DNA from: Reclinomonas americana ATCC 50394
Taxonomy: Eukaryota
Direction of reading: 5' to 3'
NCBI GenBank assembly: GCA_048213135.1
Contig: PS015130.1
Span: 56,785 to 99,969, forward strand
DNA: 43,185 nucleotides
The notes under the pieces were generated by a model. The model saw only the letters and a list, made by a program, of their open reading frames with translations. It was not told where the DNA came from and did no database searches. A program made the position numbers and the translations under genes. Shown piece after piece: positions 10,139 to 24,933 of this stretch. How positions within the stretch are numbered: position 1 is the stretch's first letter; each line of letters begins with the position of its first letter.

Positions 10139-12415
10139 TCAAACGGCAGCCGCTGTCGCACCACCGTGCCCGGTCTCCATCACGCCTTGCACAATAGCCC
10201 TCCAGTCATGCAGCGACCGCAAGAAGTCAGGCATCAACACACGCAGTGCCGACGGGTTACTGGTCCGCATGTCGACAGTGGTGTGCATCAGGAGGAGGTT
10301 GTTCTTGGACGAGATGCCGGCACCGCCGCCACACATGTCGCGACCGAGGATGGAACCGCTGAGAACACGCTCAAACAGCGCCAGCCGATGAGCGGGATCC
10401 GTCGGCAGCGACGTGAGGAGCGTGCTGTAGACGTGCAACCGGAAAGTCTCCGGGTCGTACGTCACCAGCACGTTGGTCGGCTCTGGTGATTCGCTGTCGC
10501 GTGACTCGATGGCGATTACGCATGTGTAATTCTCGTCGCTGAGAGTGAGAGCGTGTGCGTGAGAGAGAAAGATAACAACTGTCAACAAGAAAAAATTGTG
10601 CACGCAACAAGGCAAGCTGACGGCCGTCCAGATCCTTGCCGAGCTCCATGAGATTGGTGACGGCGTTGCGGTAGGCACCCTGATTGGAACGCTGTGCCGA
10701 TTCCGCCGGTGTCGCCGACGGTCCCGCAGGTGCAGCCTGTCGCAGTCGCGTTGCGTGAGTGAGTGATCAGAGTGAGAGAGAGACACACATACAATAGTGA
10801 GCGGACGCAACTCGACGCGGGGGCGAGAGGCTCGTTTTCTTCGCGTCGGTGGCGGCTGTGGTTCCATTTCGCGCACGTGTGCCATTGGCGGACGATGCCT
10901 GCTGCTGCGGTGGGGACGATGCACGCTGTCTCGTGGCGGCGGACGGGGCGGATTTTCCACCGCGAGTGGGTGTAGTTGACGAGGTGCGAGTCAGATCGAC
11001 ACTCACTGAACAACACACTTTCTTTCAGCCAAACGAGACCGGAAGCACATTCTCTCGTGCTGCGACGCAACCAATAGGTGGCGGTATAGTGGAGTGAGTC
11101 AGGCTTGTCTCGTGCTCGGTGACGCTGTCGTCGGTCGGCGGCTCGACCGTCATGTGTGGCCGAATCGACTCGAGAGCCACCGGCGGCGAATGCAATCCGC
11201 TGTGCCGATCGTACGCATTCATCGTTGATTTCGATGGTGGTGGCGGCGGCAGCGGTGGCGGTGAAGGCCTTCGTGTGTGCACCGGTGAAACAACGGCGGG
11301 AGCGTGATCGACAGGAGCTGGGGGTGGTGACGCCGCCATTCGCTGCTGCTGCTGCCGTTGTTGCTGCACACGCGCTAGACTCTGCTCCAGTGCAGTCGGC
11401 GCGGAGAACGTGACCGTAGCAGGAGTGGGCGTGCTGAACACGGGCGCCGACGACGCAAAACTAGAACTCGGCTGTGGCGTAGCCGCCTGCCGCCGCGACT
11501 GTGGCGCTTGCCGCTGCGGTGACGACGGCGCCGATCCACCACCTCCCGACGAAATGAGACGTGACGAGGAGCGAGTCGTTGACGGTGGCCGCAGCTTCCG
11601 CGGCGAGCTGTACGCCACTCGCGACGAACCACCAGAACCTGTGGAATTCCACACACTGTGAGCGGGCAGCGGCGATTGATATACATGAGCAGCAAAAGAG
11701 CGCAACGGCTCAGCAGGCCATCGGCGAGCGACACCGACGAAGCCGACATGCGCGATGCGTTCGACATCGGCGACGACGGTCGACTGTTCCCCGGCGACGA
11801 CATCAACACCGACGACGACGACAAGTACGGCTGCTGCGACTGATACAGCTGCTGTCGCTGTGCGACTGCAGCAGTGGTCGGCGACGTCGGCAGCACAGAG
11901 AGCAGCTGCTTACGCGCCATGGTGCACGTGGCTCCATTGGAGATGCCATACTCGAACGCATGCCGATCGCCAATGAGTTCGTCGCCGAGAAACTTGAGGA
12001 TTTGCTCTGCGCGCGCGTGTGTATGTGAGAGAGCGGGATGAGCAACGACACAAGAGAGTGAGTGAGTGTGTGTGTGTGCGCGCGCGCCTTCTGGTGGCAC
12101 CCCAGAGAATCGATGCAAGTAACGCTTGATCTTGGAGACGCGCAAGTTCGCGACACTGCCGCGCATGAGCAACTTGAATCGCTGTCCATCGATCTCCGAG
12201 AGCACATTCAACACCTCGCGACCACTCTCACTCCCCTGTCAGAGAGAGAGAAAGAGAAGTGAGTTGTGTGCGCGCGCGCGAGAGTGTGTGTGAATCTGCA
12301 CTGACCAAGTCAGAGGTCTGATCGTCTGCAGTCGATGACCTGTGCGCGCGCCTAGGTGAGACAGACACACACTCACAGAGAGAGGCGAGAGAGAGAGGAG
12401 AACGCACCCAGGCAT
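10139..12415 (-). CDS. Protein with N-terminal ubiquitin-like domain, disordered linker and C-terminal CesT/YbjN-like chaperone-fold domain
   Basis: N-terminus VLSEIDGQRFKLLMRGSVANLRVSKIKRYLHRFSGVPPE|EQILKFLGDELIGDRHAFEYGISNGATCTM looks ubiquitin-like. C-terminus LMELGKDLDGRQLAF|DENYTCVIAI...VTYDPETFRLHVYSTLLTSLPTDP...LFERVLSG resembles the CesT-type L.FDEN..C pattern. The start at 12415 is tentative. Confidence 0.65.
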
Positions 12416-12497
12416 CGTTGACGACGTTTTCCCGCGCTTTGTGCGGCAGCGAGCAGCGATTGTCTTGTTTTTTGTCACACGCACACACGCACACACC

Positions 12498-15385
<2,888 letters not shown>

Positions 15386-15563
15386 ACGACGACTATTTTT
15401 TTTTGCACGTGCATGTGTGTCTGTGTGTGTGTGCTTAATGGAAAATGACCGACAATGATGACTGTCCACACCGGCGAGCTTGCACTATCTTTCGATTCTC
15501 GGTGATAGATTCTCAGTGAGTGTACCTCCACTGGTTGTCCTCACGGACAGGGTCTCCGTGTTT

Positions 15564-16641
15564 CTACTGCTGCTGCTGCTGCTGCTGCGGTGGCGGCGGC
15601 GGCGGTGCTTGTGCTGACGGTGAAGCGGCGGGGGCGGGGGCGGGAGCGGGAGCGTGCGCAGTTTCCTTTGGCTTGACAAAGCGAGAGGTGGCCAGGTGGA
15701 AGGCAACTGCGAGTGCAAACGCACGGGGTGAAACACGGGGAGGTTGCGCTGGCAGCGCAGGAGGCAGCACGCAACGAGCAGTGGCAACGCCAATGGCTGC
15801 ACCACCGACAACTTGTGCCACCGTGGGAGAGTCGGTCTTGTACGCAATCGCACCTCCAGCAGCCGCGCCCAGCAGCGCACCTGACCACACACCGCATGAG
15901 TGAAGACAAGACACACACACACCGGCCACACTGCCGACGCACCAATGTCACACAACCGGTCCGCACGCTTCTGCAGAGCATTGTTGCGCCTGTGCACAGC
16001 GAGGTCAGCCTCTGCACAAGCATCCAGTCCTCACAATCACGCAACAGCCGATAGGCGCGATCGTACGCGCCCTCCTCCGTCATGCCCTGCATGCGTGTGT
16101 ACATAACAGCCGTCAGCACAAAAGGCAATGAGAGAAAAGAGAGAGAGAGAGAGAGAGAGGAGAGATGGGGAGAGAACCTTGAACTTGTACGCCATCATTG
16201 GCGCAGTGATGGCCGTGCTGTAGGCCAGTGCACCAATGGCCGAGCACTGACCGGCGGTGCCCACCATCTGCCACCACTGTGTGTCGTCATCACGGCGGTA
16301 GAACGCGAGTGGAATGCCAATCAGCAGGCCAATCAGAGAGCCTGCATGCATGCAAGGCAGAGGAGGAAGAGGAGAAAGAAGAGGAGGAGGGGGTTGTTAT
16401 GCAAAAAGGCGGGCGATCGCATCTCTCTCGCCTGCTCTCTCATGTGGCCACTCACCACCCTGAATGCCTTTGCGCACCACGTGGACGGCCGTCTGTGTGT
16501 GAGAGAGGAGGAGGAGGAGGAGGTGGGTGAGGTGACTTGCATGCTCTCTCTGCCTTTGTGGAACACACACGCGCGTGCGCGCACCTCCAGGTACGGGTGC
16601 GGGATGTTGGCCAACTTGTCAAGCTCTTCCATGTTTGCCAT
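15564..16641 (-). CDS. DUF1757-like small membrane protein, paralog A
   Basis: Spliced IPHPYLE|TAVHVVRKGIQG|GSLIGLLIGIP...YKFK|GMTEEGAYDRAYRL|RNNALQKRAD followed by glycine-zipper helices. The DRxYRLRxNxxQxRxD motif is recalled as DUF1757-type. Confidence 0.6.
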
Positions 16642-16781
16642 GATGCCAGCACGGAGTTGTTGAAAGAGAGAGTGAGAGTCAGTGGAAAGAGAGGTACAGG
16701 ACAAGTGCGGTGCTGAGAAGTTGTTCACTCTCGAGGTACTCAGTGCCCTCTTGACACTGGAAAGAAACTACGAGCGATTGC

Positions 16782-17792
16782 TTACTGCGGCTTGGGTGCG
16801 GAAACAGCAGGCGCCGGTGGTTGCGACGGTGACGAAGGAGGTGTTGCTGCAGTTGTCGAGCTCGACTCCTCGCTCTTTTGCAAGAACGGTGTGGTGACCA
16901 CGTGGAAGATCACTGCAAACCAAAACAGAACAAAAGCAACTGTTGATGAGTACTCGCTGCTGTGCGGTGCATCATACAAAGCACGGGGGGCTGGCTACTG
17001 ACCGCCACTGGCGAGGCCAATGGCTCCCAATTCGGCGACAGCACTCAGCACGGAGACACCGGTGCGCGCGGCAACCACTCCGCCAACTGCAGCGCCAAGG
17101 ATCATTCCTGCAGAAGGCGAGTGAGAGCCAAACAAACGAAAAAGAAGGCGAGATGGAGCACACAAAGAGCACACCGAGCGAAGAGACATGGTCGACACGG
17201 TTTTGCAGAGCGTTGTTTCGCCTAGACAATAGACAGGAATGTGTAAGCGACCATGCAACAAGTGCCGGCAGTGGTGGTGCATACTCAACAGGCGATAGGC
17301 ACGATCGTACGCGCCCTCCTCTGTCATATCCTATAATACACCGCAGCACAGCAAACACATGAGATGCGAGCAACGCGCGCTCACTGGCACGCCCACTTGA
17401 ACCTTGAGTTTGTAGGCCAGCATCGGTGCTGCCACCAAGAGAGTGAACCACAGCGTTCCGTTCAGAGAGCAGCGGCCGACAGTGGAGACGATTTGTGAGA
17501 GAGTGCGCTCCTTGCGACGAAAGAGTGCCCACGGAATGCCGCCGAGGAACCCGAGGAGGGAGCCTTGTCAATGCGAAAAAGTGAGAGTGAGAGAGAGAGA
17601 CGCGAATGGGGAGGAGTGAGACTCGCCTGCTTGCAAGCCCTTCTTGTACACATGCACCGAGGTCTATGTGTGCGTGGGAGAGAGTGAGTGACAGTTGTGG
17701 CGCAGGTTGCATCACTGGAAGAGACGAGCCTCCCAGTACGGGTGTGGGATGTCAGCCAGCTTGTCGAGGTCTTCATCGCTCATCGGCGCCAT
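16782..17792 (-). CDS. DUF1757-like small membrane protein, paralog B (tandem duplicate)
   Basis: MAPMSDEDLDKLADIPHPYWE|TSVHVYKKGLQA|GSLLGFLGGIP...YKLK|DMTEEGAYDRAYRL|RNNALQNRVD, with the same intron positions as paralog A. Confidence 0.6.
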
Positions 17793-18112
17793 GTCAATCA
17801 ATAATCGGAAAAAACGTCGCGGACACGCGATGACAGTGCAAGCTGTTGGTTCGTGGAGTGACATGACTTGATGGAGGACGGCAGCATGCTGTTGCAAGCA
17901 TGCAGTGGATGCGCACAGCTTCGGAGATCGTTTCATTTTCGAAGTTGGCATTAACGTTGATCAGACGTCGCAGTACGTATGTTGTTGCGACTGCTCAGCT
18001 TGTCCTTGCATGGTCGACGCAACAATGCGGTACTCCATCCCCCACAAGCACCGCTGTCAGAACATCCTTCAAGTTCGGTTTCCAAGTGTCCTGCAATCGC
18101 AAGTCGGCAACA

Positions 18113-19641
18113 ATGCGCGCGCCAACCGCTCTCCTCCTCTCCAGCGCACTGCTATGCACCTACTGCTTGCTACTACTGTTGCTGCTGCTGGGAGACACTG
18201 GTGAGTGCAATTTGATATCGCGAGAGTGGCGTCTTTGTGCAGCTCACGCTTGTTCACAGTGACGGCGACGGACCTGCCTACGTTTATCACTCTCGGCGAG
18301 GAGGTGCATGTGTCTGTTTGTGCATGTTGTTTTCGCGGCCATTCACTCACGCGTTTGTGCGCAGCGGCGGCGCTGTGTGTGCATGTTTGCCAGCGATAGC
18401 GAATCTCAAGTGGCCCACATTGCCCTCAGCATTCAGTGCCATCAGCGGTGGTGTCAGGCCGATCCCGACAGTGGGCGGGTGACCAACGTCTTTCGCTGCA
18501 CATTGCGCGATTACCCTCCCGACGACATTCGTCGCTTCCCCTCCAACGTCTATCGTGGTGCGTGGGAGCTGGAGAGCGACGAGGTGCAGGTGCAGGCGCG
18601 CGCTGGTCTCAACAATGTGTGCCCACCTGCAACCGACAATCTGCACAGCTGGGTGCGTTTGCCATGTGCGCGCTCCGGATCTGTTGTTGCCGGTGCTCAT
18701 TTTTTTTTTTTTTTGCGTTGCAGCTGATTGACGACGACGCCGAGATGCGTACGGTGTCGCTGGGCGTCTCGTTCCCGAATCTGCCGGAGGAGATAGCAGG
18801 CATCGCCGTGCGTAACTGGATGCAGGTGCCGATGAAGCTCCCCAACGCCAACGGCCTGCCGCTCGTCTCGTGCCTGATGATCACCACCGGTCGAGTGCAC
18901 CTGGCCATGCGAGCCGTGCACATGTTCACACAACAGACGTATCCGCGCCGCGAACTGGTCATCGTCACGCACGACGACGACTTGACAGAGTTGCAGTCGG
19001 CGCTGGCGGCGTTGGTGGGAACCGCAGGTGGCGAGGCGGATCGCATTCGTGTCAAACAGGTCGACCGACAGTCGGTGCCGACGCTTGGTGACATGCGCAA
19101 TGTGGCGGTGTCGGAGGCCGCCGGCGAGTTCGTGGCCACGTGGGACGACGATGATGTGTACGATCGCGATCGTGTGCGAGTGCAACTGATGGCGATCCTG
19201 GCGGCGGGTTCACGCGAATCGACGGTGGTCGGCTGCGTGCTGCATCGCGTGCAGGTTCGCCTGGCTGCCGATCTGACTGCCGACGAGGACGGTCGTGCGT
19301 TCTCCAAGGAGTCTGGCCTCGGCATTAGCCACCACCATCCGTGGGAGATGACCATGTTGATGTCCAAGGCACACATGGAGCCCTTCGCGTCGAAACAGCT
19401 GGGTGAGGACTCGGCGGCTTTGGAGGCCGTCAACCGCAAGTACTCGGTGGTGTGGCTGGACGACCCGGCACTGTACACATACTTTTACCACGGTGGCAAC
19501 ACGTGCAAGGCTCCGCACTTTGCACACATTTGGCGCTCCGTCTCCGTCACGTTCACCGGCACCGCTGCGACCCGGCTGGTGGCGCAGACGCAGAGAAGAG
19601 CCGGCCTCGACGCTGACTGGAACATTCCGCTGCGGCAGTAG
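18113..19641 (+). CDS. GT2 (GT-A fold) glycosyltransferase with signal/anchor and Cys-rich domain; divergent copy 0
   Basis: Hydrophobic leader exon, then RRRCVC...CHQRWCQADP...FRC...W...VCPP...W exon, then one long exon (18724-19641) with PLVSCLMIT, QTYPRRELVIV, TLGDMRN, GEFVATWDDDD (DxD), GED and YFYHGGNT. Confidence 0.85.
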
Positions 19642-19810
19642 TTTGAATAGTAATGAATGGTGATTGTAATACGTTCCCGCTTGCAAGCTTGCGCAGCAAC
19701 TTCGACGTTACCTCTGCCAACCTCGACCGCGGGAAATTTGCGCGCGAAAAAGTGCCGCTGCGCACTGATCAAGCAAAACAAGCGTAAGAGGTGCACACCT
19801 GCGGGCATCC

Positions 19811-22800
19811 ATGGCCACCACGCGCCCTGTGTGGCTGCCTCTCATTGCGTATGCTCTGCTTGGTGAGACTGCAGGCGGTTATTGGCACTCACACACACTC
19901 ACATCTTTTGCTGACTGTGTGTGTGTGCGTGTGTGTGTGCGTGCGTGTACGTGTGTGTGTGCCTGTGCATCGAGCAGTGTGTCTGGTGTACGCACCTAGT
20001 GGCGCACTCGCCCAGTCGTTTCGTCTCACTAGCGTCGCTTACGATGCACCATCAATCGCCGCGGGCGACCTGATTGGTTTCATTGTTGCTGTCGCACCCA
20101 CGGACGACGCCGACTGGACCTACGCCATCGGCAACTGCGTGCCCTTCTACGTGGACAGCACCTCGTCGCCACCCTCTCTGCGCGTGAGTCGTGCGGGTGA
20201 GAGTCGCGATGCACTCAGCGTGACCATTGTGGGCACCTACCGCTCCTCGGCCGTGGTGTCGCTGTCGTTTGTGATTCGTGTTCGTCCGCCTCTGTATGTT
20301 CTCAATGGGGCCGTCGACTACGCGAATGCGTCAGCTGCCGCCACACTGGTCACTGTGAGAGCGAGCTCCGGTCAAGTGCTGTCGGTGAGTGCAATGTGCG
20401 CGGCAGCAGCACTCGCAGCGGTTTCGCCCTGATGCTGACTGTGGTGTTTGCTGTTGCGCAGTCGGTGGCCATGAGCGGCACTCCTGGATACACTGCACTG
20501 GCGGTGCATCCGACCACCGGCACACTCTATACGATGCGTAACAGTGCGGCAAGTGCAGCCGCACTGCTGACCGTGGATGCAACGGTGCGTAGAGTAAATA
20601 TTTTTTCTGCAGTGAGTCGGTGCTCATGTGTTGTGGCCGCGGCTACAGTCGGGCACCACTGCCTTGGTGGGGTCTACCACCGGCATTCGTTCGTGGACTG
20701 GTCTGGCATTCCGCTCCGATGGTCAGCTGTACGGTTGGGCCGAGTATAACACGAGCAACGTGGCGGTGGATCGCCTGTACAGGATCGCGCTGCCCGGCAT
20801 GACTCTCACCGCCCTCTCACCGACACCGTGTCTGCAATACTGCGTCAGTGTGGCCATCTACTTTGATGCTAATGATGTTGCGTGAGTATCGCAGCACTGC
20901 GCCTTGTCTGTCTCTCCTGCTCATCATCACCATGACCACCACCGCTCGACAGAATCTCTACCGCAAATCCGGTATCGTGCTGATGCAGATGAATTCGGCG
21001 ACTGGCGTCGATGTCGGCTCTGCGCGCACGCTGGTCAGCGATCCCGGCTCGGATCCACTGGCCATTGTCGGTATCGACGGAGTGCTGTATGTCGGCCGTG
21101 GCGACGTCAACAATCAAGTCGTCGGCTCGCTGTACAGTGTGAACGAGTCCACGCTGGAGGTCAGCTTGACCGGCTCAGGAGCGTACGGCCGGTTCAGTGG
21201 AATGGCCTTTGGCGTCCCCGCTCCACTGGCATGCACCGCCGGTCTTGCTTGTCCTGGCGCGTGCGTACCCGATCCCAGCAACATTCAAGAGCCATTCATC
21301 TCCACTGTGAGCATGGTGCCGGCGGTGCCGACGTTGAACCAACCGCTCACTCTCGTGGTGATCGGCGGCAATTTTACGCCGTGCTCCGCTGTTTCACTGG
21401 AAGCCGCTGACGCGCCATGCAGCGGGTCGAACGCACCGAGTGTGTCCGCGCTCTCTGTGACTCGCACGCGGTGTAACGGCTGCTACTGTGCCGGCTTGGA
21501 GATCTCGCTGCTGCTCACCAGCAATGCCTCGTTGCACGTGTGCATCCGTCGCTCCGACGCCGCCTCGTACACCACCTCGGCCAAGTCCGCAGCGCCTCTC
21601 GTTGTTGGCAGCCGTTGCGTGCTGGCGCGCGCTGTGTGTTCCTACGTGGGAGATCAGCAATTGAGAGCTCACGCGTGTGTGCATTGCAGAAATTCGAACC
21701 GGTACTGTGGATTCTGCTTCGTTGCCGTCGTTTTCCAGCAGCGGCCTCGCGTCCAGCTCTGGTGGAACGCGCTCATGGACTTTTCCGATCACGTTTACGC
21801 CGCCATTTGGTGAGTGCCTGTGAGACTGTGCGTGTGCGGTATCGTTTGCTCACCGATTCCCCCGCCACCAGCTGGCACGCCGGCTGTCATGCTGGCCATC
21901 GCGGGTGTCACATTCGGCACCCCGCACTCGCGAATTTATTGCTCCTCCGAGGTTTGCTCGTGTTGTCATTCTACGACATTGTCGCATCTACTCACCTGCC
22001 ATGCGTGTGCGTCTGCCAAGGCCGTGCGGGCTGGACAGGTTATCTGCAAGTGCACGACGCATGGGTGAGTGTGTGTGGGTGCCTGTCTGACGACGCTTTT
22101 GTCAAGGAGCCTTGAACGCTCACGTCGTGGAATGCTGTCGCAGTGCCTCCGTCATCACTGCCCTGCACATTGCCTATTTGGCGCATTACACCAACAAGAC
22201 GAGTGAGACTCGCAACAATACGGGTACTCTGTTGTATTCGTCGCTGGAACGTCGCGACTGGTGCGTGTGTGGCTGCGACTCCACGAGTACTTCTCTGTCA
22301 CTCACTCACGAGAGAACGCCCAGGTGGAGTGGACCCACCACCGACGACGAGCTGGACATGCGCGTCATCACTGTGACCGAGCCACTGCTGGGGTATGAGA
22401 AGGGCCAGGAGGCGCCGTCATTAGTGTTTGGCGTGCGACACGCTCACCTGCTGCCGGAGACGGCCAACGCGTTCACCAGTCGCATGACATTTTCCAACTG
22501 GCAGTACTTTAGACACCAGTTGCGTGCCGCGTACTGCTCGGTCTGTGTGCGCGCTCATATTGTGTCCACTCATGAGGCCGTCGGCACGCAGAGTGTCAGC
22601 CGTCGACGACTGTCGCCTCAGTATGCTGGCGTTTTCGTGGATGGCATACCCACGTCCACCCACAAGTGGTAGCGGTATTGGCATGCAGTCTGGCGTGGGG
22701 CGCCTGCTGGCCGACGGTGCATGCAACACGCATGCCTTCGCGCCGGTTTTTGCCAGTCCTCCGCAAGTCGCAGCGTTCGCCCGCGGCTGGCAGTTTACGC

Positions 22801-23036
22801 AAAGCAGCAATGCTGCGAGCGGGATCAGCTTCGATTTGACCATTGGAGCGCAGTCAGAAACGGCAATCTCAGTGTGTCTCACTGCCACACCACCAGTCGC
22901 CGGTGGTCCCACAGGTGAGCGTGAATTCGAAGTTCATACTGGTGCAGCTGCTTTTTTCCTTGTCTGACCTGATGATGATTTCGTCTCTGCAGTGGTGTTT
23001 GTTGATTACTCGTGGGGCGCCATCGGGCAAGTATGA
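19811..23036 (+). CDS. Secreted multidomain protein: cadherin-like domain, beta-propeller-like repeats, Ig/IPT-like domain, three C-terminal H-type-lectin-like repeats
   Basis: Signal peptide MATTRPVWLPLIAYALL|VCLV. Cadherin-like GDLIGFIVAV...WTYAI...PFYVDS. Propeller-like ALAVHPTTGTLY and TGLAFRSDGQLYG. IPT-like PFISTV...LTLVVIGGNF. Lectin-like GTRSWTFPITFTPPF|AGTPAVMLAI...LHIAYLA and FAPVFASPPQV...DYSWGAIG. No C-terminal transmembrane segment is visible. The gene call is firmer than the domain calls. Confidence 0.65.
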
Positions 23037-23148
23037 AATGTGTAATTAAGGGGTGACGACGTCGTGCAGATGTGTCCTTCCGTCGTTGGTTGTCGTCCAA
23101 TCATGAATTTAATCATTTTTCGCGCCCATTTCGCGCGTGCAGCTTCCA

Positions 23149-24764
23149 ATGCTTATGTGGTGGCATTGGCTGCTATGTGTGGTCGCCGCCATCTTGCTGC
23201 ATGTGTGCGCGGTCGCAGCGGCCAATGGTATGAAGAGTGGTGGGTTTGAGAGCACCAAATTTCGATAATCATCGTGTGCACGCATGCATGCGCAGACCGC
23301 AATCCATCCTTCGTTACCGCGCATGAGACTGAGGTGCGTGGGCATATATGTGTGCGTGTGTGCGACAGAGAGAGAGAGAGACAGAGTTCGATTGTTTGAC
23401 TGCGTGAATCCGTACATGCTGCTGTGTGCGCGGCAGCGACGACGCTGCACGTGTCCCGATTACTTGGGATTGCTGCCCAGTGAAACCACCTTGTGTGGTA
23501 AACGATGGTGCCAGGTGGATCCTGACACTGGCCGCACTTTGGTGTTCCGGTGCACCCGGCGTCAATACGAGGGTAACACGCACCGACTGGATGTGAGCGC
23601 ACAGCACAGCGGTGGCTTGTGGCGACTGGATAAGGCCGTTCATACGCGACAGCATCTGGACAAGGTGTGTCTACCAGCCACGCACGGCATGCACGAATGG
23701 GTAAGTGCATGTGTTGTCGCATCAGCAATTGTATGCGCTCTCTCTGTGCTCAGTCCGCGCTCGTTGTCGCATTCAGCTGGCGACGAAAGGTGGTGCGTAC
23801 GCGTGCAACTTGAGGCACTATTGCATGTTTTGGTTGTTGTTGTCGTTGCTGTTGCTGTTGGTGGTCAACTTTTCCCACGTGTGCAGGCTTGGAGGATATT
23901 GCGTACACCATTCTTGAGCCAAAGGTGAACCCGGCAGTGGAGGCGACGCCGCTGCCGCCACTCACATCTGACGTGCCGATGGTGTCGTGCTTGCTGGTGA
24001 CGCGAGGCGGTGCGCGCCTCCGCTTGGCCATGCGCGCCGTGCACATGTTTATGCAGCAAACACATCCGCGGCGTGAGCTGCTGGTGGTGACGGAGACCGA
24101 GCATGTTGCGGAGCTCGCCGCAGCACTGGAGGAGTTGGTGGGCAACGCGGTGGAGCAGCAAGTGGCAGGCGTGCGGTTGATTGGCGTGGAGAGGAATGAG
24201 GCGCCGACACTCGGCGACCTGCGCAACTTTGCGATTCGTGAGGCCGTCGGCGACTACGTGACGCAGTGGGACGATGACGATGTGTACGACCGCGATCGCA
24301 TCACCGTGCAGCTCCACGTTCTGCGCAAGCTGCAGAGCGAACGTTCCGCCGACGCTCGGCCACTGGTCGGTATCGTGCTCTGTCGGGTGATGTTGTACGC
24401 CCCGGCCCTGCATGCCGATGCTGTGTCGATCACACATCGTCGAGTGTGGGAAGGCACGCTTCTGTGCCTGCGGTCGCACATGGCGCTGTACTCGTCGGAT
24501 GCACGCGGCGAAGACTCGGCTGCATTGAACAAGCTGCGAGAGAAGTACGACTTGGCGGCAGTTGACGCGCCCATCCTCTACTTGTACACCTTCCACGGCG
24601 ACAACACGTGGGACGACACGCACTTTCGCTACCACTGGTCAGCCGCATCGGTCAGCTTTTCTGGCCAGGCTGCACAGCTGCTGTTGGCGCAAGCCAAGGA
24701 GCGCGCCGGGCTCGATGGCAACTGGGAGATCCCGACGACGGCGTACCGTAATAGACGTCAATAA
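23149..24764 (+). CDS. Signal peptide, Cys-rich domain, GT2 glycosyltransferase; tandem copy 1
   Basis: Five exons including a 16-nt micro-exon at 23777-23792. MLMWWHWLLCVVAAILLHVCAVAAAN leader, RRRCTCP...CGKRWCQVDP...FRC, PMVSCLLVT, WDDDD, WEGT, GED, HGDNTW. Confidence 0.88.
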
Positions 24765-24933
24765 AGGGGTCGGATGCAGTGAGTGTGTGTGTGTGTGCGC
24801 GCACGCTGTGTGCAGCGATGTCGAGGAAAAAGAACGACGTCGGCCGACGTCGCCGCGAGTGACGACTTCGCCTAGAGTCCTGCCAACCACATTTCCCGCC
24901 ATTTCGACTCGTCGTGTACGCGGTGTTCCCCAC

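Noticed and set aside
11656-11705. Possible TT-AG non-canonical intron in the UBL-CesT gene
   Set aside because: A downstream acceptor (ccacag|gt) gives an in-frame GT-AG intron with the GTTGCG donor.
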